This document shows, in pieces, positions 37,370 to 48,344 of a DNA stretch of 64,000 nt. Position numbers and translations under genes: made by a program. The notes under the pieces are model-generated. The model saw only the letters and a list, made by a program, of their open reading frames with translations. It ran no database searches and was not told the origin of the DNA. The stretch is taken from positions 1,792,001-1,856,000 of the forward strand of contig OY969807.1 of assembly GCA_963703285.1 (NCBI GenBank), given 5' to 3'. Each line of letters opens with the position of its first letter. Position 1 is the first letter of the stretch. The stretch is from an uncultured Nitrososphaerota archaeon (lineage in GTDB: Archaea; Thermoproteota; Nitrososphaeria; Nitrososphaerales; Gagatemarchaeaceae).

Positions 37370-38380
37370 TTGTCGAGCCCCTCGTCTCCCCCTCCAGCCT
37401 GGCTTGCGAAGTACGTCGAGGCGATAGACGCCCGGGTCGCGGAGGTCTTTCCCAAGGCAGACTCGACGTTGGAGCTCGCCGTGAAGGGGGCCCTCCTCGG
37501 AGGAAAGAGGATCAGGGCCGTGCTCGCCCTGCTCTGGTGTGAAGCCGTCTCGGGCGGATACGAGGACGCGTTGCCGGTGGCGGTAGCCTACGAGCTGGCC
37601 CACGCGGCGGCCCTCGTCCAGGACGACATCCTGGATGACTCGGGGTTCCGCCGGGGCGAAAAATCGATAGTAGGAAGGCACGGCCTGCGCCCCGCGATTC
37701 TGGCATCGAATATGCTGCTGGCGCAGGTCCCCAGAGAAATCGCCGAGTACGGGTCCGGAAGGTGGGGCGGGGCGACGCTCAAGAAACTCTTCGAACTGCT
37801 CGGCGATTCGTTCGGCGCGACCATCCTGGGAGAGTTTCTGGACCTCGAGATGGTCGAGAAGCAGTCCGTGAGCCAGGATGACTACGAGTACATGATAAGG
37901 AAGAAGACGGGCGCGCTCGTGGCTGCATCTTCGGCGAGCGGCGTCATCGTGGGCAGGGGGATGGACAGCGAGGCGACCGTGAGGACCGCGTACGAGTTCG
38001 GAGAGTGGCTGGGGATGGCGTATCAGGTCCACGACGACCTCCTCGACATAGTCGGGGACGAAGGAGTCCTCGGGAAGCCCGTCTTCGCCGACATCAGGGG
38101 CGGCAAGAGGAACATCCTGCTGATTCACGCGTCCGAGAGGGCCTCAGGGGAGGACCGCCGCTTCCTCGATGAGCTGCTCAGCAGGAGAGGGGAATTCGGC
38201 GAATCCGAGATCGCGAGGGTGAGAGGCCTGCTTTCCAAGGTCGGTTCGCTGGAGTACGCCGAGGGCGTGGCGGCTTCGTACGCTGGGAACGCCCGCGGAC
38301 TCCTCGAGACGCTGGACGCTGGGTCGGCGAAGGGGAAGCTTCTCGAGCTCTCGGACTACCTCGCTTCGAGGAAATACTGA
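37370..38380 (+). CDS. polyprenyl (GGPP) synthase
   Basis: GGKRIR, QDDILD..FRRG, KKTG and HDDLLD. Confidence 0.95.
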   Translation: MSSPSSPPPAWLAKYVEAIDARVAEVFPKADSTLELAVKGALLGGKRIRAVLALLWCEAVSGGYEDALPVAVAYELAHAAALVQDDILDDSGFRRGEKSIVGRHGLRPAILASNMLLAQVPREIAEYGSGRWGGATLKKLFELLGDSFGATILGEFLDLEMVEKQSVSQDDYEYMIRKKTGALVAASSASGVIVGRGMDSEATVRTAYEFGEWLGMAYQVHDDLLDIVGDEGVLGKPVFADIRGGKRNILLIHASERASGEDRRFLDELLSRRGEFGESEIARVRGLLSKVGSLEYAEGVAASYAGNARGLLETLDAGSAKGKLLELSDYLASRKY

Positions 38381-38410
38381 ACCCCGAGCAGCTACGATTA
38401 TCTACAGGCC

Positions 38411-38704
38411 TTGGGCGCAGCATCCGGGTTGACACAGAGGGACGACGCCGGTCTTGTCTCGAGCCTGGAGCGAACCTCCCGGGCCCTCGAGATACTCACC
38501 TTCGCTCTCGTCATCCTCATCTCGCCCGTCTCCTTCGTGCTGGGCCTACCATTCGGCATCTCACCCGAGACGTGGCTCGCGCTCTGGCAGAAGTACGCGT
38601 TCTTCTTCGTGGTCTTCGCCATCGCCATCGCGCTGACCGGTTTTGCTGGTTCGTTCCAGTACCGCGTGCGGGCTAGGGCAATCCGCAGATCGACTCAGCG
38701 CTGA
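38411..38704 (+). CDS. small membrane hypothetical protein
   Basis: Two transmembrane-like helices. Confidence 0.5.
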   Translation: MGAASGLTQRDDAGLVSSLERTSRALEILTFALVILISPVSFVLGLPFGISPETWLALWQKYAFFFVVFAIAIALTGFAGSFQYRVRARAIRRSTQR

Positions 38705-38710
38705 AGCGGC

Positions 38711-39151
38711 TTACTTCCGGTGCACGACGATGTATGCGGGAACCGGCTTCGTCCCCTTGTAGGACGACCTCTCCAGCATCCTCTGGTAGGCCTCCTCCTC
38801 CAGCAGCGTCGGCTTGGGTTGGAAGTGGCCGCCCTGGTCGTCGTCCTGAACGTTGAAGCGGACGCGTATGGCGACGTCCTCGGCCGGGTTCGCAGTTTCG
38901 TAGTCCGGGTCCCACCTGACTTGGCCGTCGGGGAATTCCTCCGCGAAGCCCCTGAGGAACTCGGGGAGTTTCACCAACCAGATGCTGTTGGCCCTCACCT
39001 CCAGCCCGTCCTTCCAATAGACTGAGACAACCATGTTGTCCAGAGACCTGCTCGCAGCGAGCCTCTTGGCCGCGTCCTTGTCGACACCTATCGATATCAG
39101 GGACTTGTGCAGCCTCTCAATCTCCGCCGCGGAGTCGCCTTTCTTTGCCAA
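38711..39151 (-). CDS. hypothetical protein (146 aa)
   Basis: Clean ORF with TTTAT box upstream; no family recognised. Confidence 0.6.
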   Translation of the reverse strand: MAKKGDSAAEIERLHKSLISIGVDKDAAKRLAASRSLDNMVVSVYWKDGLEVRANSIWLVKLPEFLRGFAEEFPDGQVRWDPDYETANPAEDVAIRVRFNVQDDDQGGHFQPKPTLLEEEAYQRMLERSSYKGTKPVPAYIVVHRK

Positions 39152-39191
39152 GATTGCAGTAGCCAGAGCCAGGGGGACATAAATCAGTTAT

Positions 39192-39596
39192 CTATCCGTC
39201 GATCTGCGACTGGTCCTGCATCGGGCCGGCGTCCTCCCGGTGCTCCTTGTAGTAGGCCCATATCCTCTCCTGCTGTTGCCTTGCGTATTCCCTCTCCTTT
39301 TGTGTGAGAATAGGGTCGTTGGCCCTCTCGCCCGGCCTCCTCAGGTCGGCGGGAAGCCCCTCCCAACAGAAGAAGCCTCCCCCGGGGTATCCCGTGTCCT
39401 TGCGCACCACTATAGCCGCGAAACCAGGCGCACCGGCGAGGGACTCCGCCCTGTCTATCTCGCCGAGGACGCCCACGACCGTCCGACCCTCGCTCCCCCG
39501 CGCGAGGCCGAACCGGGCCATGAGGTAGCCGTAGGTCACCGTCCTGCGCGCGAGAGCGGCCCGCAACAACTCCCTCCGCATCTCGTCCCGGAGCAT
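39192..39596 (-). CDS. hypothetical protein (possible helix-turn-helix)
   Basis: ARRTVTYGYL, AIVVRKDTGYPGGGFF and QERIWAYY form a recognisable uncharacterised pattern. Confidence 0.65.
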   Translation of the reverse strand: MLRDEMRRELLRAALARRTVTYGYLMARFGLARGSEGRTVVGVLGEIDRAESLAGAPGFAAIVVRKDTGYPGGGFFCWEGLPADLRRPGERANDPILTQKEREYARQQQERIWAYYKEHREDAGPMQDQSQIDG

Positions 39597-39690
39597 CCTT
39601 CGTTCTTGTGACGCGAACCCTAAAACGGTTCCGAAACCGTCGCCAACCCACCGAAAGTTAGTTAATCCACCAGGGCAGGACGATAACCAA

Positions 39691-40365
39691 GTGCCTGTCA
39701 TCAGCATCGGGGAGCATCGCATCGAGTACTCTGTGAAGGAGGGAACCAGCAGGAGGTACACCTACTTCAGGTTCAGGGCCGACAGGACCCTCGAGATTGT
39801 GGTGCCCAGGGGCAGGAGGGTGGACATCGACTCCACGATAAGGAACAGGCAGACCTGGATAGTCAGGCAGTTCGAGGAGATGTCCCGGAGCAGGAGGATA
39901 CTCGCCGATGACGAGGTCATGTTCGACGGGGAGCACCTGAGGCTGGTCTTCGAGGAGAGCCAGGAGAGGGAGGAGCTCGTCCACGACCCCGTGAGAAAAG
40001 AGGTCATAGTCCGGTCGAGCGACAGGTCCAGGGTCAGGGAGCTCGTCAGGAGGTGGTTCCTGAGGGAGACATCGAGGTACGTGGTCCGGAAGCTCGGAGA
40101 GATCTCCGAAGCGCTCGAAGTGAAGTACCGCCGGGCCGACGTGAGGCAGATAAGGAACTGGGGCTACTGTACCAAGGACGGCCGCCTCTCGTTCAACTGG
40201 CAGCTGATAGCGCTCCCCGAGAGGCTACGGGAGTACATAATCCTGCACGAGCTCGCACACCTGTCGGAGTTCAACCATTCCCCCGCCTTCAAGGACAGGC
40301 TCGCCGCCTACTGCCCCGACTATCGGCAGAGGGAGAAGGAGCTCGACAGGATAGTCTCGCTCTGA
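39691..40365 (+). CDS. YgjP/DUF45 (SprT-like/M48) zinc metallohydrolase
   Basis: WGYC, LSFNWQL, ILHELAHL..FNHS. Confidence 0.9.
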   Translation: MPVISIGEHRIEYSVKEGTSRRYTYFRFRADRTLEIVVPRGRRVDIDSTIRNRQTWIVRQFEEMSRSRRILADDEVMFDGEHLRLVFEESQEREELVHDPVRKEVIVRSSDRSRVRELVRRWFLRETSRYVVRKLGEISEALEVKYRRADVRQIRNWGYCTKDGRLSFNWQLIALPERLREYIILHELAHLSEFNHSPAFKDRLAAYCPDYRQREKELDRIVSL

Positions 40366-40451
40366 GCCTCCGGGAGGAACGCTACGATGGCAGCACTCTC
40401 GTATCACACTTTTATGTCACCGTTGACTTGCCGGTCAAAGCGGATATCTCG

Positions 40452-41045
40452 ATGCGAAGAACCACAGTCTTTGTCTCACTCTTTGGCGCCTCCGCCTTGG
40501 CGCTTCTAATCGTCTCGATATGGTATCTCACATCCTATCAAGGTGGCTATGGATCGCTTTCTGGGATGATGCAGCAGATGATGGGAGGCCGGACCGCGGT
40601 AGGCGGTGCAGTCGCGTCGATGCCGGGCTACGTATGGACTTCCTTGGTTACGTTCTCTATCCTATCGGTGGTCGGGGTGGTAGGGCTCGTCTACTACCTC
40701 GCATACCCTGAGATTAATACTGGGGCTGCCTCGGCCGAGAGCCCCCCTTCAGCCGCACCCACCAGGCCACCTGCCCAGACCACCATCAAGGAGAGCTGGG
40801 AGACAGTGGTCCGCACATCGAATCCGGAGGAGAAGAAGGTCTTGGACGTTCTCGCAGGGCATAACGGCACATACTTGCAGAAGTTCATCGTCAAGGAATC
40901 GGGCCTGAGCAAGCTGAAGACGCACAGGATAATCTCCCGCTTCGCCGAGAGGGGCATAGTGAGCGCCGTTAAGAGCGGGAACACAAACGAGGTTTCGCTG
41001 TCGCCTTGGCTGAAGCAGGACCTTTCGGCAAGACATCAGACATAG
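40452..41045 (+). CDS. membrane-anchored winged-helix regulator
   Basis: Two TM helices with a Met-rich loop; C-terminal Q..IVKESGLSKLKTHRII..FAERGIV...GNTNEV. Confidence 0.75.
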   Translation: MRRTTVFVSLFGASALALLIVSIWYLTSYQGGYGSLSGMMQQMMGGRTAVGGAVASMPGYVWTSLVTFSILSVVGVVGLVYYLAYPEINTGAASAESPPSAAPTRPPAQTTIKESWETVVRTSNPEEKKVLDVLAGHNGTYLQKFIVKESGLSKLKTHRIISRFAERGIVSAVKSGNTNEVSLSPWLKQDLSARHQT

Positions 41046-41092
41046 TAATTGTACAATGTGCCTCTCGAACGTCCGATACTTACATGCATTCG

Positions 41093-41132
41093 GTTTCAAA
41101 GGCGCCTGAAACCGTTTCAAGGTTTCGTTTCA
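41093..41132. promoter_or_regulatory. GTTTCA repeats including palindrome TGAAAC-c-GTTTCA
   Basis: Four GTTTC(A) units between the regulator and the Met-rich gene. Confidence 0.55.
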
Positions 41133-41179
41133 GCGAACCACCATAACCCCGCCATGCGTAGTATACGCCGTGCATCAAA

Positions 41180-41524
41180 ATGAACGCAACCGAAAAGGCA
41201 ATCGTCGTCGGACTTGGGCTCGTGGTAGCCGTAGGGCTATTCGCAGGAACCGCATTCGGACTCGTAGGGCAGACGCCGGCCGCGAGTCATCAAAGGGGAG
41301 GGGGGATGATGTCGGGCGGATCGAGCTACGGTGGCAGTGGCATGATGGGACTCGGGACAAACGGGGCAACCTCCACTGAATCGCATGCTGGCGGGATAAT
41401 GGGAGGGATGTGGGGGATGATGGGCGAACAAGGCCCAGTGACCAACGGGGGCAACCTCTTCATGGGGTGCATCCAGTACATGGCCCACTACTTCGGTATC
41501 GGGTCGAACGGAACGGCGAGCTGA
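41180..41524 (+). CDS. Met/Gly-rich exported or membrane protein
   Basis: N-terminal hydrophobic helix; GGMM repeats. Confidence 0.7.
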   Translation: MNATEKAIVVGLGLVVAVGLFAGTAFGLVGQTPAASHQRGGGMMSGGSSYGGSGMMGLGTNGATSTESHAGGIMGGMWGMMGEQGPVTNGGNLFMGCIQYMAHYFGIGSNGTAS

Positions 41525-41658
41525 AGTGTACAGGCTCGGCTATAGCGCATAAGAACAGTCTGCCGAAGAAAGCGGGCGTAGTGGAAGAGTAAGTTTGGAG
41601 GCAGAGACCAAACGGGCCTTTAGGCTTAAATTGCGGTCAAAGGGCGTCCGAATCAAAA

Positions 41659-43734
41659 ATGCCAGGAGAGCGAAGACCGAACAGGCTGATCAACGAGAAG
41701 AGCCCTTACCTCCTAAAGCACGCTTACAACCCCGTGGACTGGTTCCCGTGGGGCGACGAGGCCTTCGCGAAGGCGAGAGCTGAGGACAAACCGATCTTTC
41801 TAAGCATCGGTTACTCGAGTTGCCATTGGTGCAATGTGATGCACCGTGAGTCCTTCGAGGACGAGAAGGTGGCCTCCGTCCTGAACGACCGCTTCGTCCC
41901 GATCAAGCTCGACAGGGAGGAGAGGCCCGATATCGACGAAGTATACATGAAGTCGGTCATGGCGCTGAACGGCCAGGGTGGCTGGCCCCTCTCGGTCTTC
42001 CTCACCCCCGACCTGAAGCCGTTCTACGGAGGGACCTACTACCCGCCCGCGCCAGCGCACGGCCTTCCGGGTTTCCCCCAGCTCCTCGACTTCGTCTCCG
42101 ACATCTGGAAGAACAAGCGGGAAGAGATTCGCAATAACTCGGACGAGATTACGAAGTACGTGGAGCGCGACAGCGAGCTTCACTCCAGGGACGAGCTTCC
42201 GAGGTCCATCCTGGATGGTGCCTATGCCGAGATCGTCTCCAACCTCGACGAACAGTTCGGGGGGTTCAGCGCGGCGCCGAAGTTCCCCCTCCCCAACTAC
42301 CTCGAGTTCCTGCTCCGCTACCACGCGCGGACCAAGAAAGAGACGGCGCTTCGGGCGGTGAGGAAGACGCTCGAGTCGATGTCGGCCGGTGGGATACACG
42401 ATCAGCTCGGCGGGGGCTTCCACCGCTACTCGACGGACAGGCAGTGGCTCGTGCCCCACTTCGAGAAGATGCTCTACGACAACGCACTGCTGGCCCGGGT
42501 TTACCTGGAGGCATATCAGGTCTCGGGCGAGACTTCGTTCCTCGAGACGGCCACCGACACGCTCGAATGGATGCTGAGGGAGATGAGGGGGCCGGAGGGA
42601 GCGTTCTACTCCGCCCAGGACGCTGACACGCGCAACGGAGAGGGCTACTACTATACGTGGACGCCGAAGGAGACCGAGATGGTCCTCGGCAAGGAGAACT
42701 CCACCGTGATGGACGAGCTTTTTGGAGTCGCCCCCGAGGGCAACTTCGAGGGCCGCCGGTCGATTCTCCACCTCGCAAGCTCCATCGAGAGGGTTGCCTC
42801 CAGGTCGGAAGTCAACCCAGAGGCGGTGAGGAGCATCGTGAAGGAATCCAAGGGCAAGCTGCTCGAGGCCCGCCAGAAGAGGGCCCACCCGGCGGTCGAC
42901 GACAAGGTCCTCGCGTCCTGGAACGGGCTCGCCATCTCGGCGCTCGCCTGCGCCTACCAGGCCACTGGAGAGCGGAAGTATCTGGACGCCGCCGGCGGCG
43001 CGGCTCGCTTCATCCTGAGCACCTTGGTGTCATCCGGCAACCTCTTCAGGAGGTACAGGGACGGTGCGGTCGCCGTGGAGGGAGAGCTCGAGGACTACTC
43101 ATTCCTCGCCGCAGGGCTGCTCGACCTCTACGAGGCAGGGTTCGACCCTTCGTACCTCAGGGGGGCGATCCGGCTCGCCGAGAGGATGGTCGAGCTCTTC
43201 TGGGACCCCAAGGAGGGGGCCTTCTTCATGAGCCGTTCCCCCGACCTCCTCGTCAGAATCAAGGAGGGGTACGATGGTCCGACTCCCTCGGGCAACTCGA
43301 TGGCGGCGCTGACGCTCCTCCGACTCTCGGAGTTCACCGGGCGCGGGGACTTCAGGGAGACGGCCGAGAGGACGCTGAAGGCCTTCGGAGACCCGATGGA
43401 GTCTTCGCCCTTCTCCTACACCTACATGCTCTGCGCGCTCGACTTTTGGTTAGGCTCGAAGGAGATCGTCGTCGCCGGGAAGACGGAGGAGAGGGGGACT
43501 CGGGAGCTCGTCAGGGAGATACAGCGCCGCTTCCTCCCGAACAAGGTCCTCGCGCTCGCAGCCCCCGACGTCCCCGAGATCTCCTCGCTCACCGAAGGCA
43601 AGGGAGAGGTGAGCGGGATGCCTGCGGTCTACGTCTGTGAGAACTTCGCCTGCAAGAGCCCGGTCACGGAGCTCGAGTCCCTGAAGAAGCAGCTCGAACC
43701 CAGCGGAGTCAGAGGAGGTCCAGCGGCCGCTTGA
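41659..43734 (+). CDS. yyaL: thioredoxin-domain protein (YyaL/SSP411, DUF255)
   Basis: [25 protein letters not shown] and [11 protein letters not shown]. Confidence 0.95.
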   Translation: MPGERRPNRLINEKSPYLLKHAYNPVDWFPWGDEAFAKARAEDKPIFLSIGYSSCHWCNVMHRESFEDEKVASVLNDRFVPIKLDREERPDIDEVYMKSVMALNGQGGWPLSVFLTPDLKPFYGGTYYPPAPAHGLPGFPQLLDFVSDIWKNKREEIRNNSDEITKYVERDSELHSRDELPRSILDGAYAEIVSNLDEQFGGFSAAPKFPLPNYLEFLLRYHARTKKETALRAVRKTLESMSAGGIHDQLGGGFHRYSTDRQWLVPHFEKMLYDNALLARVYLEAYQVSGETSFLETATDTLEWMLREMRGPEGAFYSAQDADTRNGEGYYYTWTPKETEMVLGKENSTVMDELFGVAPEGNFEGRRSILHLASSIERVASRSEVNPEAVRSIVKESKGKLLEARQKRAHPAVDDKVLASWNGLAISALACAYQATGERKYLDAAGGAARFILSTLVSSGNLFRRYRDGAVAVEGELEDYSFLAAGLLDLYEAGFDPSYLRGAIRLAERMVELFWDPKEGAFFMSRSPDLLVRIKEGYDGPTPSGNSMAALTLLRLSEFTGRGDFRETAERTLKAFGDPMESSPFSYTYMLCALDFWLGSKEIVVAGKTEERGTRELVREIQRRFLPNKVLALAAPDVPEISSLTEGKGEVSGMPAVYVCENFACKSPVTELESLKKQLEPSGVRGGPAAA

Positions 43735-44561
43735 AGGTCTCGATTCTGATAGACCCAGAGCGGCCCAAGGTGAAACGGCGGGACGTCTTGAAGATGGTCA
43801 GGGACGCTGGAATCGAGGTCGCTCAGCGGCACCCCCACCTCGGCATCGTGGTCGGCGGGGACGGCGTCTTCAGCCACTACGGCAGGCTGATGCCGATGCC
43901 CCTTCTTTTCGTGGGGGTGCGTTCTCCGGAGCCCACGGCCTCCAGGGGGTACCTGGCCGAGGTCCGGTTCGACCAGCTCTCGGAGGCCCTCCATAGCATC
44001 AAGAGGAGGAGGTACACCGTCGTCGAGTACAAGCGCCTCCGCGTCTCGATAAACGGGAAGACCACCGGGGAGGTCTTCACGGACGTCTCCCTAGAGAAGG
44101 GAGCGGAGAGCAACTGCCTTAGGTATCACCTGGACGTGAAGGGCAAGGGGCTCTCGTTCACAGACTCGGCCATATCCAACGGCGTGATCCTCTGCACGAG
44201 CGCCGGATCGACCGGTTACTACTCTTACATTGACAGGCTTAGGAGGGGGGACAGGCTGGAGCCGGAGAAGTACACGCAGATAGGCAGCGAGGAGGTGGGC
44301 GTGTGCCATATCGCACCCGTCCTGACGGCCCGCGAGAACACCAGAGAGGCACCGCTCCGGTACACCGTGCCGTGGGGCGCTTCCTTCAGGCTCAGGCTCA
44401 CCCGCGACGCCGACGCGCGCCTCTTCGGGACGCTAAAATCGAGGGCAGGGATTCGCGTCAGAGTGGGAGATATCGTGGAGGTGAGCCCGAGCCCGAACAC
44501 GACCCAGGTGGTCAGGCTGCGACCAGGGTCCGACCCGCCAGCCGCTCGAGAAGCTCCGTGA
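43731..44561 (+). CDS. divergent NAD kinase-like protein
   Basis: VGGDG, GYLAE and [13 protein letters not shown]. Confidence 0.7.
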   Translation: MKVSILIDPERPKVKRRDVLKMVRDAGIEVAQRHPHLGIVVGGDGVFSHYGRLMPMPLLFVGVRSPEPTASRGYLAEVRFDQLSEALHSIKRRRYTVVEYKRLRVSINGKTTGEVFTDVSLEKGAESNCLRYHLDVKGKGLSFTDSAISNGVILCTSAGSTGYYSYIDRLRRGDRLEPEKYTQIGSEEVGVCHIAPVLTARENTREAPLRYTVPWGASFRLRLTRDADARLFGTLKSRAGIRVRVGDIVEVSPSPNTTQVVRLRPGSDPPAAREAP

Positions 44562-45759
44562 GCCCGGACCTGTCCGCGACGAGCGGCGTCCCCTCGACGT
44601 CCGTCACGATGGTCTCCTGGTCCTTCAGCCCGTTGCCCGTCGCGACGCAGACGACTACCGCGTCCTTCTCGAGCCTGCCTCCGACCTCCTTCAGGGCTGC
44701 GATGGGCGTCGCGCTTGCGGGCTCTACGAATATCCCCTCCTTGGAGGCGAGCAGTCTCCTCGCCGACGTGATCTCCTCGTCCGTCACAGTGAGCATCATA
44801 CCGTTCGACTCCTTCAGCGCTGCGAGCGCCTTCTTTGCCGATGCAGGCTTGCCGATTCTGATCGCGGAGGCGACTGTGTTGGGGTTCTGCACCGGAACAA
44901 CAGCGTCGCTCCCCTTCCAGAACGCCTTCGCGATGGGAGACGCCCCCTCCGCCTGCACCCCGGCCATGCGGGGGACCTTCTTGGTGATTCCGAAGTCCCT
45001 GAGCTCCCTGAAACCCTTCCAGATCGCGCTGATGTTCCCGGCGTTTCCCACCGGCAGCACGACGTAGTCCGGCACGGAGAAACCCAGCTGCTCGTAGATC
45101 TCGAAGGCGGCCGACTTCTGTCCCTCCAGGCGGTACGGGTTTACAGAATTCATCCCGGAGAAGCCAGGCAGGCCCGCTATCGTCTGAAGCAGCATCGCCA
45201 GGGCGTCATCGAAGGTACCGTCCACCCTGATTATGGCGGCTCCGTAGGCGGTAGCCTGGACCATCTTGCCTGCGGCCACCTTCCCGGCGGGGACGATAAT
45301 CGCGGCCATGACGCCCGCCCTCGCGGCGTAGGCCGACATCGAAGCCGATGTGTTCCCGGTCGAGGCGCAGATCAGGACGCGGACGCCCGACTGCACTGCG
45401 CGCGTCACCGAGACGGTCATCCCCCTGTCCTTGAAGGAGCCCGTGGGGTTCTGCCCTTCGTTCTTGACGTAGAGGTTCTTCACCCCAAGCTCCTCCGAGA
45501 GGTTGACGGTCCTGATGAGAGGAGTGTGTCCCTCGTCCAGCGACACGGGGCGGACGTCCGCGTCGAACGGGAGCAGGGAACGGAACCGCCAGATTCCTTC
45601 TCCGGTCCTGCCGAAGAGCTCTGCCCGCGATAGCGCACCGCCCTCCCTGACCGCTTCGAGGAGACCCCCGCAGCGGGAGCACGTGTAGCCCGGCGGGTCC
45701 GACTCGAACCTCGAACCGCAGTCTATGCAGCGCAGGACCCAGCCGGCGGCGACCTTCAT
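44512..45759 (-). CDS. thrC: threonine synthase
   Basis: NPTGSFKDRG, ASTGNT, PVGNAGN and EPASA. Confidence 0.97.
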   Translation of the reverse strand: MKVAAGWVLRCIDCGSRFESDPPGYTCSRCGGLLEAVREGGALSRAELFGRTGEGIWRFRSLLPFDADVRPVSLDEGHTPLIRTVNLSEELGVKNLYVKNEGQNPTGSFKDRGMTVSVTRAVQSGVRVLICASTGNTSASMSAYAARAGVMAAIIVPAGKVAAGKMVQATAYGAAIIRVDGTFDDALAMLLQTIAGLPGFSGMNSVNPYRLEGQKSAAFEIYEQLGFSVPDYVVLPVGNAGNISAIWKGFRELRDFGITKKVPRMAGVQAEGASPIAKAFWKGSDAVVPVQNPNTVASAIRIGKPASAKKALAALKESNGMMLTVTDEEITSARRLLASKEGIFVEPASATPIAALKEVGGRLEKDAVVVCVATGNGLKDQETIVTDVEGTPLVADRSGLTELLERLAGRTLVAA

Positions 45760-46688
45760 ACCCTCGCGGCGCCCCCTCCGACCTTCGTCACGAAGCCGTC
45801 CGACTCTACGCCCTCCTCGCCGAAGCCCGCCACCATGTTGTCCATCACTGCGCGTGGGTCGTGCTTCGTCCGGTCGAGTAGGGCGAGCATCGAGGGTCCG
45901 CCCCCGCTTATGCAGACGCCCGCGGCGCCAGCCTCGAGTGCATGCCTCTTGACCGAGTCGTAGCCGGGAATTAGCTTCTTGCGTGCTTGCTCTACGACCT
46001 TGTCGTCCATCCCCGTCCCTATCATCTCTATGTCTCCAATCGCGAAACCCGAGACTATGAGGCTGGCGTTTGCAACGTTTGAAACCATCCTTTTCAGTTC
46101 GACCACCTTCGGAAGGACCGACCGGGTGTACTCCGTCTTGCGTTCCGGCAGCTTCAGGACGGGCGTGACCATCACGAGCACGAGGTCCGATGGAGGATCG
46201 AACCTGATGGCAGAGGGCCTCCCGGTATCCCTAACCACGACGAACCCGCCGAGGACCGAGGCGGAGACGTTGTCGTAGTGGGCGCTCCCAGCTGTAACCT
46301 CCTCCCCCTTCCCGGCGTAGTATATCTTGTCGTCATTGCTCATGCCAAGAGCGAAGAGCTCGTTCATGCCGAAGGCTGCCGCCGCGGCCGATGCCCCGCT
46401 GCTCCCCATACCGAGCCCGATGGGGACGCCCTTCGTGATCTCGACCGCTATCCGCTTCTTGATCCCAAAATCCCGTGCTATCGCGAGGCAGACTGCCCCC
46501 GCGCCATTCTTGGCGGCTTCGAGCGGTGTCGTGACGTCCCCCCAATTCTTTATCTCGACGGAGAGCTGCTGCGCGCCCTCTGAGCTCAGCGCCACTCTGT
46601 CCCTCGGTCTGTCGAAGGCCAGCGCGAAGACGTCGAAGCCAGGGCCGAGGTTGGCTGACGACGCAGGCGCCTCCACGGTGACCTTCAA
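45756..46688 (-). CDS. thrB: homoserine kinase
   Basis: PASSANLGPGFD, GLGMGSSGA, HYDNV and ISGGGPS. Confidence 0.97.
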   Translation of the reverse strand: MKVTVEAPASSANLGPGFDVFALAFDRPRDRVALSSEGAQQLSVEIKNWGDVTTPLEAAKNGAGAVCLAIARDFGIKKRIAVEITKGVPIGLGMGSSGASAAAAAFGMNELFALGMSNDDKIYYAGKGEEVTAGSAHYDNVSASVLGGFVVVRDTGRPSAIRFDPPSDLVLVMVTPVLKLPERKTEYTRSVLPKVVELKRMVSNVANASLIVSGFAIGDIEMIGTGMDDKVVEQARKKLIPGYDSVKRHALEAGAAGVCISGGGPSMLALLDRTKHDPRAVMDNMVAGFGEEGVESDGFVTKVGGGAARV

Positions 46689-46798
46689 TTCGGTCGCCGC
46701 GTCGCGACAATCGATTATATGACTATCGGCGCTTCATCGACGCGGAACCAGACCAAACACTTTTAGCGCTTGCACGCTCCCGACCGCGACCAACCTCC

Positions 46799-48344
46799 TT
46801 GCTCCCCGAGAACACGCTCCAGCCGAGGGCCTACCAGCAGAACATCGCCCGGGTAGCCTCGCAGACCAACACGCTTGTCGTCCTTCCGACAGGGCTGGGG
46901 AAGACCATGGTCGCGATGCTGGTCGCCAAGGCGAGGCTCGAGAAGTTCCCCAAGGGAAAAGTCGTCATGCTGGCGCCCACGAAGCCCCTCGCGCTGCAGC
47001 ACTATGAGACCTTCAAGAGGATGCTTTCCCTCGACGACAGCGAGGTCGCCATCATGACGGGCGAGACGCACCCCGAAGAGCGGTCCTATCTGTGGAGGAA
47101 GTCCAGGTACGTCTTCGCGACCCCTCAGACAGTGAGGAACGACCTGCGGGCGGGTAGGGTCGAGCTGAACGAGACCGTGCTCCTGGTCTTCGACGAGGCG
47201 CACCGCTCCGTGAAGGACTACTCCTACACGCAGCTCGCCCAGATCTACAAGGACCAGGGCTGGAACCCGCTGATAATGGGCCTCACCGCATCCCCGGGCG
47301 GGTCGAGGGCGAAGGTCAACGAGATAATGCAGAATCTCTTCATCGAGAAGTTGGAGATCAGGAGCGAGGAGGACGAGGACGTGAAGCCCTACGTGGAGCA
47401 GACCAAGATCGAAGGCATCAGGGTGGCGCTGCCTCCGGAGTACTCGACGCTAATCCACGCGCTGAGGGAGATTTACAACGAGAAGGTGACCCGGCTGGTG
47501 GAGGCGGGGTTCCTCCCGAAGAATCGCCTGACCAAGACGATGCTCCTCGCAGCGCAGGGGGACGATCCTCTCGCGACTGAAGTCGAGCGGGGGGAACAAG
47601 GGATACCTCTACGGCTCCCTGATCAGCCAAGCCCAGGGGATCATGATCCTCCACGCCGTGGAGCTGCTCGAGACACAGGGTCCAGCGGTCCTGGAGAAGT
47701 ACCTCGTCAGGTTCAGGGCGAAGCCGGAGCAGGGAAAATCGGCGCAGGCGCTGCTGAAGGACAAGCGTTGGATATTCATAGAGTCCGAGGCGGAGAAGCT
47801 CAGGGACTTCCCCAACCCCAAGCTCGAGAAGGTGGCGGAGATAGTGAGGGACCAGCTCTCCTCGAAGCCCGGCGCCAAGATCATCGTCTTCACACAGTAC
47901 AGGGACACGATAGACACGATAGTCGAGCGCCTCTCGGCGATACGCGTGAGCTCGATGCGCTTCGTTGGGCAGGCCGACAAGGTCGGCAACGAAGGGATGG
48001 ACCAGAAGGAGCAGTCCCAGGCCCTGGAGCAATTCCGTGGGGGCGACTTCTCGGTGCTCGTGAGCAGCAGCATCGGGGAGGAGGGGCTGCACGTGCCGGA
48101 CGTCGACCTCGTGGTCTTCTACGAGGCGGTGCCCTCCGAGATACGGTCGATCCAGAGGAAGGGGAGGACGGGGAGGACCCGTCCGGGGAGGGTCATAATA
48201 CTGCTGGCGGAGGGGACCGTCGACGAGGCCTACTACTACAGCAGCGTGAACAGGGAGAAGTTCATGAAGACCCTCGTCACGGGAGGCGAGATTAAGAAGA
48301 CGGAGAGGAAGAAGAAGCCGACGACCCTTCTGGACTACATGTAG
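46799..48344 (+). CDS. hef: Hef/FANCM (Mph1)-like SF2 helicase, frameshifted at 47557-47561, no nuclease domain
   Basis: LPTGLGKT, DEAHR and TASPG in frame 1; FTQYR, GMDQKEQ, GEEGL and IQRKGRTGR in frame 2; the switch falls in a G5 run. Confidence 0.9.

Noticed and set aside
47550-47565. Programmed ribosomal frameshift in hef (and the other split genes)
   Set aside because: No shared slippery heptamer or downstream structure was seen; the pattern fits homopolymer errors.
48292-48344. Tail-to-tail overlap of the coxG-like gene and hef
   Set aside because: Short convergent overlaps occur elsewhere in the window (e.g. 44512-44561, 27942-27970); no special signal.
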